DNA from: the human T2T-CHM13v2.0 reference genome, Homo sapiens
Assembly: GCF_009914755.1 (NCBI RefSeq)
Contig: NC_060935.1
Length of the DNA stretch: 64,000 bases
Reading direction: 5' to 3' (one strand)
The notes beneath the pieces are model-generated. The model worked only from the letters and a program-made list of their open reading frames with translations. It was not told the DNA's origin and searched no databases. Of this stretch, positions 45,150 to 64,000 are shown piece after piece. How positions within the stretch are numbered: the stretch's first letter is position 1; every line of letters starts with the position of its first letter. The translations under genes and the position numbers were made by a program.

Positions 45150-45345
45150 CTCCCTTCCCCTGGGGATATTTGGCCATGTCTGGAGACATTTTTGGTTGTT
45201 GCAATTGGGGTGAGCTGGGGATGGTATTGGCCTTTAGTGGGCAGAGGCCAGGGATACTGCTAAACGTCCCACAATGTGCAGGACAGTCCCCAGCAAAGAG
45301 TTACCTGGCCTAAAATAACAACCAATAGTTGGTAAACCCTGGTCT
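45150..45345. mobile_element. MER20 hAT DNA transposon remnant
   Basis: ggggatatttggccatgtctggagacatttttggttgt...gaggccagggatactgctaaac. Confidence 0.8.
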
Positions 45346-45644
45346 GGAAGCCACTGCATCTTTGCATGCTTCATTCATTTCCATGTGGCAGATGTTGGCT
45401 AAAAATATCACCTCCCCAGAAATGTCTCCCTGACTCTTCTATTTAGAAGAGAGCCAGCCTCAAGCCCTATGCAAGTTATCACTATCATTTTCCTAATGAT
45501 TAGTACTTTTGCTTCATTTTGTTCTTTTTTCTAGTTTTCTGGGTTCAGTGCTGAGGCACTGTTTCTAATCTTCATTAAAAACAAAAAAACAAAAAAGCAA
45601 AAAAAACTCCTTAGTGAGCTATTCTAGGTTTCCTTAGTTGGAAA

Positions 45645-45918
45645 CATATTTTTACTGTACCTTTTCTACATTTAGATATGTTTCGATGCACACGTAATTA
45701 CCGTGGTGTTACAGTTGCCTGCAGTGTTCAGTACAGTCACAGCCTGTACAGGTTTATAGACTGGGAGTAAAAGGCTGTATCATACAGCCCGGGTGAGTAG
45801 TAGGCAGTACCATCTAGGTTTGTATGAGTACATTCTGTGATGTTCCCACAATGATGAAATTGCCTAACGATGCATTTCTCAGAATGTATCCCCATCGTTA
45901 AGTGATGCACGACTATAT
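45645..45918. mobile_element. Tigger3/MER7 remnant
   Basis: tttactgtaccttttcta...gcatttctcagaatgtatccccatcgttaagtgatgcacgact. Confidence 0.8.
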
Positions 45919-46619
45919 ACTTACTTAAACAGTTTCTGTTTCATCCAAGGGAAAGTGACACAGTCTTAAAACTTCCCTTCATAATGAGAGGATCTAATTC
46001 CATAAATGAATCCTCCAGGAGTACAAGAAAGAGAGCGGGTGCCGAAGAAGTACTGCTACATCCTCCATTTTGCCTTCTTCTGAAATGCGCACTCAGGATG
46101 CCTGCCCTTATCTTTGTCCACTCAGAAAACAAAAGACCCTTGCAGAAACGAATGTTGCTAAGGATTATGGAAATGGGATGTGCCCATCTATTTGGGCCCT
46201 CCCTAGAGCCCCCATTCCAAGCTCTGGCTACTACTTTGTATCCAGCTCCTTTGCAGGTAATGTGGGGCCCTGAGCCCCTGCTACTGAGTGATGCATCCTC
46301 ACTCGGGGGCCAGGAGACTGCTGGGTTTTGGAGACTGAGTGGAGTATCAGGGAGAAGGGTAGGCCTGGGTTTGTGCTGTCTAAGGCTGAGTTTGCCACTT
46401 CAGGAAGCACCTTACTCTGCAGGAAGCACCCTCACGTGTTTGTGTTTCTCAGTCTGCTCTGGGGTTGGAGCCAGTGAGAGGAAGATGAGGGCAGGCTCCC
46501 CCTTGATGGCTAATCAGGCCACATTTGTGATGGTTTCCCAAGGTTGCTGTGTTGAAATTTAGAGCCAGGACTAGGGGGAGGTGAGTGAGAGAGTTGCCTG
46601 TGGTGCAAAATTGAAGAGT

Positions 46620-48288
<1,669 letters not shown>

Positions 48289-48724
48289 TGAGCTCGGGCA
48301 ATCTGCCTGCCTCAGCCTCCTGGAGTGCTGGGATTACAGGCGTGAGCCACTGAGCCTTGGCCAAAATATCAAGATTCTAAACAAAGACAGGATCTGACCC
48401 TGCACTTGTGTGAATCGTTTCATGTTACCCTCACCCTGGCCCTGTCACTGGATAAAAGCTACTGTTACCATCCTAAATGCAGCAGGAAGAACTTCCTTTT
48501 TATAAAAAGACAAAACTTCCTTTTGTTGGAGTTTAAAACACATAGACGGTATGTGCAGATCACTGGTATGTGGCTTGATGACTTTTTGCAAATTCACACA
48601 CAAGTGCAACCAGAACCCAGCCCAAGAACCTGAGTGGACCAGAACCCCCAGGAGCTACCCTCAGGCCCCATTCCAGGCACTAACCCCACTGCAAGGTGAG
48701 CTAATCCTTAACCTGGCTTTTTTT

Positions 48725-53390
<4,666 letters not shown>

Positions 53391-54419
53391 GCCTAGTTTA
53401 GCAATTTATATAAATGGAATCCTATAACATGTATTCTTTGTGTCTTCTTCTTCCACTTTATATTATGTTTGAGAACTACCTTTTCAAGTTAAGTAAAAAA
53501 AAATCACTTTAATTAACACATTTAAATTATTTTAAACATTTAAATAGGATGAAAAGATTAAAGTGAAAAGCAATGCTGAATACCCAGTGTGAGCAGTTTC
53601 TTGAGCATTTCTGGAGGGAAATGGTAGGCACGAACAGGCCTCTGACTGTGTACCTCCCCTCAACAAAGAGATGGCAACGCATACTATACCTGGAAGAGAG
53701 CACTTCGTTAGACTTGCTTTCTAAATCTTTCCTCTGTTAACTTGCTTTCTCTCCATTCCTATTGCCGTTTTCAGTCCATTTTTTAAAGAGTGCAGGGCTA
53801 TTACTTTGTAGCCTGTCACTCAATTTTGGGGTGTCTGGCATTTCCTCATAATTATATTCAGTTTACGCATTTGGGCAGTGCGAACCACAGAAGTGACTGT
53901 TTGTGTTCTTCTCAGTCTGTCATATCACAGGCACCTTATGTCAGTTGCTGCTGTTATAGGTGAAATGAATTTTAATCACTTGGTTAAGGGGGAGTCTACC
54001 AGGTTTCTCCACTGCAAAATTATCAATTTTTCTTTTGCAATTAATAAGTAATCTGTGGGAAGACTTTTTGAGGTAATGTATTTCTTGTTCCTCATCAAAC
54101 ATTCACTTAAAGGTTTTAACCTCCACTGATGATTTTTGCCTGAATCAATGATTACCCTGATGATGGCAAAATGGTTTGTATTAATTACATTTGCATGGTC
54201 TTTGAGCTCTCCTGAACTCTACAGCCAGACCGGGTCAATAGCTCTATGAGGTGCCTCTTGCAATGCTTCTACATGTCTCTGGTTCCTGAAACCTGGCCTA
54301 CCATCTCCAGAAGGCTCAGCTTCTAGGTCCAGGGGGGAATTGAAGGCCCAGGAAGAGTGAAAGAGAGATCTGGAGCCCAGGGCAACACCGTCAGATACAC
54401 TGAACTTGCCTCCATGCTC

Positions 54420-55063
54420 CCACTCCTGGCTCCAGAGAAATCTGATGCCTGAGGGACAGAAGCTACACAAAATGGTGTATCTTGAACCGTCTCATCTCAG
54501 AGGTCATGTCTCTTATTTTTGGTCTAATTTTTCTTCTAAGGCTTGATCAGGATCTCTTTTTCTCTGAGCCAGGAATCTAAATCTTCAATTTTGAAACCAA
54601 GTTCGTACTCTTGGCTGTAGAACCCCAATTTTCAGAGCAAGTTGTCCTCTGGAATCAATCCCAGAGTAAGGGTTGTTCTCACACACCTTGATTAGGGTAT
54701 GTAATTAGGAGAAGGTGTGTTTGGAACAACACCATCTGGCTTCTCTACCTTGAATCCTGTCTTCCGTCTTGTCCATGGTCTTGGCTTGGTTCTAAGGCCT
54801 CTGTAGGCCCTGGCCTTTTCTGGAGTAGGTACCCATATCTTCAATTTTGAAAACAAATTTGGGTTCTGGACTCTTCAGTGGTGCTTTCTAAAGTGAGTTA
54901 GTTTTTGTTTAGAAGTATAACCTGGGGAAGGTTTTTGGTTGAATATGTCGATGTGGATTTTCAATGGATCCTCCGTGACTTTGGTGAGACTGCGCCTACC
55001 ACGTGTAGCTGCATTCTTGTTTGCAGAGTTGTCCTGGGGCATGTGGGAAGAGCGTCCTGGCAT
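54420..55063 (-). pseudogene. DUXAP5: Processed pseudogene of DUXA (double homeobox A), probably DUXAP5
   Basis: Minus-strand frames give MPQDNSANK...RGRRSLTKVTEDPLKIHIDIFNQKPSPGYTSKQKL / LESTTEESRTQICFQN*RYGYLLQKRP (homeodomain 1) and GREARWCCSKHTFS*LHTLIKVCENNPYSGIDSRGQLALKIGVLQPRVRTWFQN*RFRFLAQRKRDP (homeodomain 2), then FSGAR; intronless, with stops and frameshifts. The symbol is assigned from recalled map position. Confidence 0.9.
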
Positions 55064-55404
55064 CCGTCCTAGGATACAACTAGCCAGAGCGATCTTTTAA
55101 AAGTGAAAATCCGACCAGTCCTGTGCATGACTGAAGATCCTTAGACAGCTGCATCCCTAACTTTAGGCCGCCAGCCCCTGGGATCTGTAAATTCACGTGC
55201 AGCATCAAGCACTGTCATGTTGGCCTTGTTTTGGCCCCAAAGATATGAGATGTGAATTTGAAGGTGACTATAGTCAATAACACACGCAGCATGGCAGGGT
55301 TCATTGTCATTTCTGTTGTGCATTTCAATCTGGATTCTAAAAATGTGATTGTTATATCAGGGGGATATCCAAATTATTTCAACATTAAAAAGGGGATTCT
55401 TATT

Positions 55405-55955
55405 CAAGCAGTGGAATGTTACTCAGAACAGAAAGAAATGAGCTCTCAAACCATGAAAAGACACGGAGGAATTGTGAATGCACATTATTTAGTTAAAGAA
55501 GCCAATCTGAAAAGGCCAAACACTGTATGATTCCAACTGCGTGACATTCTGGAAAATGCAAAACTATGAAGACAGTAAAACATCAGAGGTTGCCAGGAGT
55601 TGGGGGGAGGGAGGAATGAACAGACAGAGCACAGAGGATTTTTACAGCAGTGAGGCGACTCTGTCTGACACTGTCATGGTGGATGCATGTCAGTACATAT
55701 TTTTCGAAACCCATAAAATGTACACACCAATAGTGAACCCTAATGTAAACTATGGACTTTGGGTGATAATGATGTGTTAATGTAGGTTCATCAGCTGCCA
55801 TAAATGAGCCCCTCTGGTGGGGGATGTTGATGATGGGGGAGGCTGTGTGTGTGGGTGAGGAGGGGAGTACGTGGGAACTGTCTGTACTTTCTGCTCAATT
55901 CTGCTGAGAACCTAAAACTGCTCTACAAAATAAATGTATTAATTTTTTAAAAAAA
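55405..55955 (+). mobile_element. L1MC-type 3' end
   Basis: gaagccaatctgaaaaggcc...gtgaaccctaatgtaaactatggactttggg...cctaaaactgctct. Confidence 0.8.
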
Positions 55956-56549
55956 GGATTCTCGTGATCAAAAAATGTTTAGAAGCCCCAGCATTCTGGG
56001 TCAAGTCTAGACTCCTCCGTGTACAGGGCTGTGATGATTAGGCTCTGTGCCCACACTGCCCCACACCTAGTGGGACAGACTGTGCCCCGGCCCCACTGGT
56101 TGTCTTGTTGTCGCATTCGTCCTTGCATTGTGCCTCCATCGCTCCCTTTCCTTCAGGGCTCTGCCTGGTGGAATCCACAAGTTCCTAGGCTCAGCTCACA
56201 TGCCTGGTCCACCGTAGAAGATTCCTTGGTGCATTCTGTTCTGGGCGCTACTTTGCCCCCAAAGCCCTTTCATCAGCATGCTTTAGAGCAGCATCTTTTG
56301 GCAGACACAACTGTGCTTAGATTCTATTCTTGTTCTTTATCCATGATTTATGTTTCTTTCTCTCCAGCTAGATTGTCCTTTTATTTAAAGGGTGAGGGCC
56401 TGGAATGGGGTGGGGTCCATGGATGAGAAGGTCTGTGTGACATAGGACCACGCAAGAATGAAGCCCCCCAAATTCCAAAGCCCAGGCTGCTCACGTCTCT
56501 GTCTCCCTTTCATACATGACTTCTCATCTGCTCCTTTCAGCAGCTCTTC

Positions 56550-56690
56550 AAGCAGGTTATAGTATCCCCATTTTACAGATGAGGAAACTGAGTCTCAGAG
56601 AGTTCAAAGGGCTTGCTCAGGTCACATAGAGGTGAGGCAGGGATATAAACCCGTGTCCTCTGACTGTTTCAGAGGACTAGACCCAGGACC
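56550..56690. mobile_element. MIR
   Basis: Core cccattttacagatgaggaaactgag...cttgctcaggtcaca. Confidence 0.85.
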
Positions 56691-59129
56691 AGAGCACCAT
56701 GTTGACTTCATGTAGCAGAAACACAGCTGAGATACTCCTTGCTTTGAGAGTTGGGGACACGGTGGCACAGATGGTCGAGGCTTGCTTGCTGGCTCCTGGG
56801 CATGCCCAAGTTGAGGGGGGAGCTCCAGAAAATCATCTCCTGCCTGATTTTCCTCCATTTCACCCAGCAGGTGCTGCTTCCTTCTAGCTTGGGCCTAGAT
56901 TTCCTTTCTCTTCACCTGGCAACCCCTCAGAGAGCTGGGTCAGAGGGTGGAGCTGGGGGGTCTTGGGGCTTAGGCCACTACCACCTGTACGTGGCCCCAG
57001 ACCAGAGGACAAATGCTTTCTTCCTGCTAGGACAGTTCTGTTCCTCTCTTTTCTCCTCTAGCAACTCTTGGCCTGTGTGAGCCTGGGTGAGAGGTCTGTC
57101 CTCCCTCTGGCCTTGGTGTCGTCCTCTGAGAAACGGGCTGATGTCTGCTCTGCCTGCATCGCAGGCCTCGGGTAAGCATCCAGCATCGTTCCGGGGCTGC
57201 ATCTGGAGGCTGTGCTCTGGGTCCTCCCACATGCTGGGTCCTCAGAGAATCAACCTCCTGCCTAGGATATTTTCAGACACAGCTTAGTTGAATAAATCAT
57301 GAGCAGGAAGAGAAGGGACTGTGACGGGCTCCTCTGAAGGCCGGAAGCTGGTTCCTGAGAGGCCTGGGGGTGTTGCCCAGCTCCTTCCCCACCCACCTTT
57401 CTCTGCTCCTCTGCTCCAGACAATATCTTCCTCCTCTCCCAGAGCCAGCCCCAGCTCCTTTGAAAGATTTCCCTACCTGTCTCCACCTGCCTCCACCTCT
57501 GAGCAGCGTCAGCTCCATGTTTTTTCTTGTTTTTGTGTCTTGGCCCAGGGCCCATTTCATTCAATTTTTAAAAAACACCAATTGAGTCCCTACCTGGGGT
57601 GAAGGTGGGTGGGAGGCAGAGGGGTGAGTAAGGTGTAGTGTTTCACCTAGAGTTGCTCATCCTCCATGGGGATTTCAAGGCAAGAACACACATGTGAGGA
57701 AAGTAACACATGTGTGGTCTTATCAACGCCAGATGCAGCTCAGAAGAGGGGAACATGGCACCAGTGGGGAAGGTGGTGAGGGGCTCAAGGAGGTGCTGGC
57801 CCGGGCTTTTCCGTGTCTGTCTTCTTTTGTTCCCATTTCCCTTTCCTGCACTTGTCTTTTTCAAACATGCTGTTCTGTATTGATTCTGTTAGGCATTGGG
57901 AATCCAAATGCACTGATTTTAGTTAATTAGCTCAGATATGCAAGAAATAATGCATTTCTTTATTTTCTTTAAGGCAGCTTACTTTAGACTCCAAGCCACC
58001 TTTCTACTGGGCTGTGGGAAATGCATCTTTGTCCTCTTGAAGTCTCCCTGCCCCAGGTAGTGCAAAGGTCCTAGGTCACAGTAGAGCCAAGGCCGGGGTT
58101 GCAGCCACCAGTTTGCTTTCTGTACTGCTGAGGCTCCCTCGGGTCTGCTCTGCTGGGCTCTTCAGGTCTCAAGCTCAGGACATGGTAATCACAGGCTAGG
58201 CTGGGAAAGATGTAGCTGTGTCTCTGTGGAACTGGTCATCCACTGGGGAACTACTGGGGAACTACTGGGGAGCAGGCCGTGGTCTGCACTGCTGGCGATA
58301 CCTCCTCCTCTGCTGGGTGTGGTGGCTCATGCCTGTAATCCCAGGACTTTGGGAGGGCAAGGCAGGAGGAACACTTGAGCCCAGAAATTTGAGACCAGCC
58401 TAGACAAGATAGTGAGACCCTGTCTCTACAAAAAATAGAAAAATTAGCCAGGCCGGTAGTCTCTACAAAAAAAAAAAAAAAAAAAAATTTAGCCAGGTGC
58501 GGTGGTGCATGACTCTAGTCCCAGCTACTTGGAAGGCTAAGGTGGGAGGATCATTTGAGCCCAGGAGATTGAGGCTGCAGTAAGTTGTGATAACACCACT
58601 GTACTCCAGCCTGAGCAACACAGCAAGATCCTATCTCAAACAAAAACAAATCTTCTTCCTTGCCTCTCTGGCTCAGAGGAATCTTTTTAAAAAAATTTTT
58701 AATTAGTTAATTTTTTTTTTTTCACAGATAGGTCTGTTGCCCAGGCCAGAGTGCGGTGGTATGCTCATAGGTCACTGCAGCCTCAAACTCCTAGGCTCAA
58801 GTGATCCTCTCACCTCAGCCTCCAGCGTAGCTGGGACTACAGGTGTGCACCACCATGCTCAGCTAATTTTAAAAATATTTTGTAGAGATGGGGTCTTGCT
58901 CTGTTGCCCAGGTTGGTTTCGAACTCCTGGCTTCAAGCAGTTCTCCCACTTCAGCTTCCTAAAATGCTGGGATTACAGGCATGAACCACTATGCTCAGCA
59001 GGAAAATCTCTTTTTAGTTCAGAAAAATCTCTCTCTTCCCATGTTTACAAGCAAGTCTCCTCTCCCTCAAGGACACCTAGTGTGTTCACTCAGGGGAAAA
59101 CAGAAGCCAGGAAGAAAAGTATATTAGTT

Positions 59130-59990
59130 GGTATTATGGTCTGGATTGTGTATCCCCTCACCGGCCCCCATAATTATATGGTGAAGTTCTACCTCCCAGT
59201 ATCTCAGAATGTGAAGTATTTGGAGATAAGGGCTTTAAAGAGGTAATTAAGTTAAAATGAGGTCGTTAATGGGCCTTAATCCAATATGACTGGGTCCTTA
59301 TAAGAAGAGGAGATTTGGACATGTATGTGTGTGTGCACAGAGAGAGGACCATGTGAAGACAGCAGAAGGAGATGCTTTAGAAGAAATCAACGCTGCTGAC
59401 ATCTTGATCTCAGGCTTCCCGTCTCCAGAGCTGTGAGAAAATAAATGTCTGCTGTAGAAGCCATCCAGTGTGTGGTACTTTGTTATGGCAGCCCTGGTAA
59501 ACTAAAACAGTTAGGGTTTGTGTTTGACTGCTGCAACAGAGGAATCCAAAACACAGTGGCTTAAACCAAAGAGAGGTTAATTTTTTTCTCATGAAGCAGT
59601 CTGGACATGGGCATCAGGGCTGACGTGGGGCTGGGGCTGGGGATTCACACTTCTGATGTGCTACTCTGCCATACCCTGGGACGATGTTTTTATCTTCTCG
59701 ATCCCACAGAGCTCCCCATCATGTTTCTTGGTCCATGTCTGACCAGCAGGAAGTGAAAGAAGGAGAAGGAAATGGAGTGACCCTTTTTTTAAGAGTAAGA
59801 ACTGGAAGGTACGCATGTCACTCTACTCAGATATTAATGGACTGAATTTAGTCCCTTAACCACATCTAACAACAAGGGAGGCTGGGAAATGGAGTCTTTG
59901 TTCGGGATGTCCATGTGTCCAGCTAAAATGTGGGGGTTCAAACATTGTAACAAGAAGATAATAACTACTGGGGGACAACCAGCAGTCTCT
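59130..59990. mobile_element. MLT1B/C LTR (plus, about 59130-59508) adjacent to an MLT1J-type LTR (minus, about 59510-59990)
   Basis: gtatttggagataagggctttaaagaggtaattaagttaaaatgagg...gtactttgttatggcagccc; second element ends ggacaaccagcagtctctgcc. Confidence 0.75.
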
Positions 59991-62900
59991 GCCCTCAAAG
60001 AAGCAAGGAAGAACAGGAATGGCCAATTCTCTTGAAGAAAGGAAAGGGAAAAGGGAAGATGGCAAGGAAAAATCAATATCTCAAAAACTTCTGCCTGAAG
60101 CTGAGGAACAGTAAGACCTGTGTGGACCCCACTCTCAAGTTGCTGCCAAATTCTCCCATTTCTAAGGAGCACCACTTAAAAACAAGCAATTGTAACACAG
60201 TATGACAATATACAATGGAGTGAAAACTCTTATGTTTACAACTTTCACTGGAATTGCTCTTAGGAAGAAACCATGTCTGTTTGGAAAGATTTCTTGCTGA
60301 GTCACGTGGTGATGGATAGCAAGGGCTTGGAAACATGGATTAGCAAGATTCCGAGAAAGGAGAGCAATAGTCCAACCGAATCTGTGAAAGAAACATACAG
60401 GAATCAGACATGATGGAGGGCAGAAGGCAAGACCAAGTCATAGGTGGGAAGGCAGAAAGGAAACTGATGCAATTATTAGGACAGGATGCTTAAGTTCAAT
60501 TTAAATTATTTGGGTTCTGTAGTGTAACTCTCCCCTACAAACCTTCAGTCAAATCTACTAAACTTGTAAAGATTTTTGTGTGGCATGATTTCACATCTGG
60601 GTCATTTCAGGGCAGAATGGGGCAGCATTATGAGATGATGATGTAAATATTCATTGAATAAATTAGGCAAAAGCAGGACTGAAGCAGAGGTAAATGGAGA
60701 ACCATGAGCTAGTATCCCCTTTAGAACTCCAGAGAGACTGGGGCGGAGGTGGGAATGGGGAATGGGATTTTAGTAAATTTTTTTTCTTTTTTCTTTTTTT
60801 GAAACAGAGTCTCACTCTGTCGCTCAGGCTGGAGTGCAGTGGTGTGATGTCGGCTCACTGCAACCTCCGCTTCCCGGGTTCAAGCGATTCTCGTGCCTCA
60901 GTCCCCAAGTAGATAGGACTACAGGTGTGTGCCACCACGCCCAGCTAATTTTTGTATTTTTAGTAGAGATGGGATTTCACCATGTTGGCCAGGCTCGTCT
61001 TGAACTCCTGACCTCAAGTGATCCGCCGGCCTCGGCCTCCCAAAGTGCTGGGATTACAGGTGACACCGCGCCCGGCCTAGTCAATTTCATCAAATCTCAA
61101 AGAGCAAAGTACTTCAGCCAATGCCTGGATTATAACTATCATGGTAGAAACCAGGTATCCGAGCAGACTTCCCTCTGCCCAAGGGAGTCTCTGGAGGTAT
61201 TATTAGGGCTACCTTGAAGAAGGAGTATGTTAGCCAGTGGAAGAGAGGATCTCTTAGAAAAGGGAAGAGGTTTTGTTACAAGGCACTGGAAGGTTTGAAA
61301 CAGGGGCAACATGATTGGATCTGGGCTTTAAGAATGTGTTGAGGATTAAAGTTTTTCATGTGGATGTGAGTGTTCACATCTTCTCTCTTCTTCTGCTCAC
61401 TAAGGACAATGCTGTCTTTTTCTCAAGATCTTCTCCCCTGTCCTGCCCTCTGGGGGATGGTTGTTTGCACCAGTTTGGCTCCTGGGTTTTTGTGAAGCAA
61501 AAATCTGTTGAGAGTGGCAGAAAGAGAAGGAGAGAAGCCAGGATGGGGACAGGCATTGGAAAGGGCCGAGATCCACCCATGGGAGATGTTCAGGTGTACA
61601 AGGTGACTCTCTAAGTGGTGCCCCTCTTCCTTGCCTAAATCTTGGAACAACTGAAAATTAAGACCAAAGGCTGGGTGTGGTGGCTCACGCCTGTAGTCTC
61701 AGAACTTTGGGAAGCTAAGGCCGATGGATTGCTTGAGTCCACGAGTTGAAGACCAGCCTGGGCAACATGGCGAAACCCCATCTCAAAAAAAAAAAAAAAA
61801 GACAAGGTGTCAGGCTGGATGAAGATGAACTATTTACATTATGAAGGAGCCATTGTTGGAGATTGTGACTTTTTTTTTTCTCTTTTCTATTTTTTTTAAT
61901 TAAGCAAAATAATCAAAACAAAAACTCAACAAGCCTAAGGCTGAAATAGCAATAAGTCAGATTGCTGCATCAGTTCATGGATGTACCTGGGGTACATGCT
62001 CCCTCACTGTGAGGCAGGATATAGTTTCTTTTATTAACCCATGGGGCTTAGCCATTAAATCTTAGCCAAGGAGGTATCTGTCCCCTCCCTGGGGAGTTGT
62101 TCTACAGTCTCGTTTATCTTTGCATTCTCAGCACCTAGCACAGTGCCTGGCAAAATGGCAGGTACTCCGTACAAATTTATTTTGAAGGAAAGAAGAGAGG
62201 AAGGAAGGCAGACATTGCCTAAGAGAAGAGAAGGGATTAAGAGACAGCACCCTGTCATCCCTTGGCTCGGGGTTAAACTGTACTTTAACCCATATAGAGA
62301 GATGAGGGGAGAAGCCCATGTCCCTCTGGGATCTTGAGGAACGCAGACACGTCCCTCCCTTTGTTACTTCCCATGTTTTTCAAGGTGCCGATCAATTTAG
62401 TAGGTTATGACCATAATTTAAAATGAAATTGAAAATATGAAAGGGCATTATATGTAGTGAGGTAGGAATTGTTTTGTGAAAATTGCTTCGTGTGTGTTTA
62501 TGTTTGTGTGTGTGTATTTGTACTGGGTTGATGTGTAAATTGTATATTTTACTATGAGTTGCAGTTAAAAATGTCAAAACAATGGACTTCTCCCATTCAG
62601 CAGGACTAAATGGCAACTTCTATCTCTTCTCCTGTAAGGGAGTGAATTATAAATAGTGGGGTACAAGTAATCAAGGGATGAAGAATAAAGAGGGCACTTT
62701 AAGCCGAAAAGAACAAGTCTGTTAGTCAACCCTTCGGGGATTGTGGTCAAGGGCTTTGTCTGGGTGGTGTTTTGTAGCCGTGCTTGTCCAAGGCTAGGAA
62801 ATAAAATTACACTTGAGCAACTGGCTGCCGTGAAGTCTCCACACTATTGCCAATGCAGGAAACCCAGGAATTGTGCGAAGAGTTCAATTTTATATTTTTC

Positions 62901-64000
62901 CTGTGTCTGTGGAGCTGGTTCATGTAAACGGGGTGCTGGTCATTGTGGTTAATTTTAGTAACAATATTGATATTAGCAGTACTGACATTGTTGTAGATTT
63001 GAGTTCTTTCCAGTTTTCGTAGGTCTTTTACATCTGTCTTCTCATTTAATTCTACAACAACCCTGGGCATAGTCAGCCAGGGCAGGATTACTTTAGAGGA
63101 AACAGGCTCGGAGAGGGTGGTCTGTGCTCATGCAGGCCCTGCTGTGTTTCCCAGTTCTCAGCTGGGTCCTTGTGGCATTTGAGGGGGCCCAATGAATAAT
63201 ACCTCTTTCCATGCTGGAATTCAAAGCCTACTGAGAGACAGAAACACCAGTGAAGACAAAAATATCAGCTTAATTATGGACAAATGCTGAAATGGACCAG
63301 GATTATGACTACCAGGGTCTCTGAGAGACCCTCCTGCTCCACCACAATTCAGTCCCAGATAGGACCTAATCTTTGAGGCATCGCTGGTCTCACATAAAGA
63401 GAGGTCTTTAGGGATCCACCCTCTAAAACCAAACCAGCCAACCAATCAACCAACCAACAAATGTGAGCTGGTTCTAGAGTGGCTAGGGGCACCATTTGTG
63501 GCAGCTGGGATCTGGGATTTGATGGCTAAGAGTTGTGGAAGGAGCTCCCTTACTTCCTTCAGGGAGGGTGGGTGGCTGGGAGCAGGAAGCTGGATGGGGC
63601 AGAGAGAAGCCAGAGTGGTGGGAACTAGCCCGGATTAGCAGATATGGGGAAAGAGAGCCTGAGCCTGGGTTCTACAGCAGCATTGTTATGTGTTTACTCA
63701 CATGTGGAAAAGCTTTGAGGTGGAGATACTGAGCCTGCATCCATTTTATGAGCCAAACTCTCAGTGGGGATGGAGGTGGTCTTGATCAGAGGTGTCTTTA
63801 GCAAACCCTCTCTGGAAGAAAACATTCTGAAGTCAAAGGACCCTCCCAGGTTAAGATCAAACAGTTAACTCATGAGTAAAGATTACTAAACCCATAAGAA
63901 GCCACATCACTGTGCCCAAGGGTCGGCAGAAACAATGGACGGCGATGAACAGTAGATTCAAGGACTGCAGATGGTATTAAATATAGAACAGTTACATGGA

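Noticed and set aside
45984-46562. 192-aa plus-strand ORF
   Set aside because: No recognisable family or splice context; composition typical of random intergenic ORFs.
54219-54330. 'GFRNQRH' as a third homeodomain helix
   Set aside because: Lacks the WF and the rest of the homeodomain pattern; it lies in 3' UTR-like sequence.

Overview
Human (primate) genomic DNA that I recognise as the THY1 (CD90) locus, which from recall lies at 11q23.3 inside the span of the plus-strand lncRNA USP2-AS1 (location and lncRNA overlap not verifiable from the sequence alone). The only intact protein-coding gene is THY1 on the minus strand: non-coding exon 1 in a CpG island at about 32.7 kb, three coding exons of 37+336+113 nt (161 aa), and a long 3' UTR with several AATAAA signals. 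There are two decayed processed pseudogenes. One is an MFSD14B/HIATL1 retrocopy (plus strand, about 12.1-15.6 kb) inserted into an old, nearly full-length L1MA. The other is a DUXA double-homeobox retrocopy (minus strand, about 54.4-55.05 kb, probably DUXAP5). The rest is mostly Alu, L1, L2, MIR, MaLR/ERV1 LTR and MER DNA-transposon relics, often nested with readable target-site duplications (TSDs); subfamily calls are by eye. I found no convincing wholly new biological system. The best leads are THY1 3'-end/antisense regulation, a bHLH/Z-DNA motif cluster upstream of THY1, oddities in the DUXA retrocopy, and a small unassigned retrocopy-like fragment near 62 kb.
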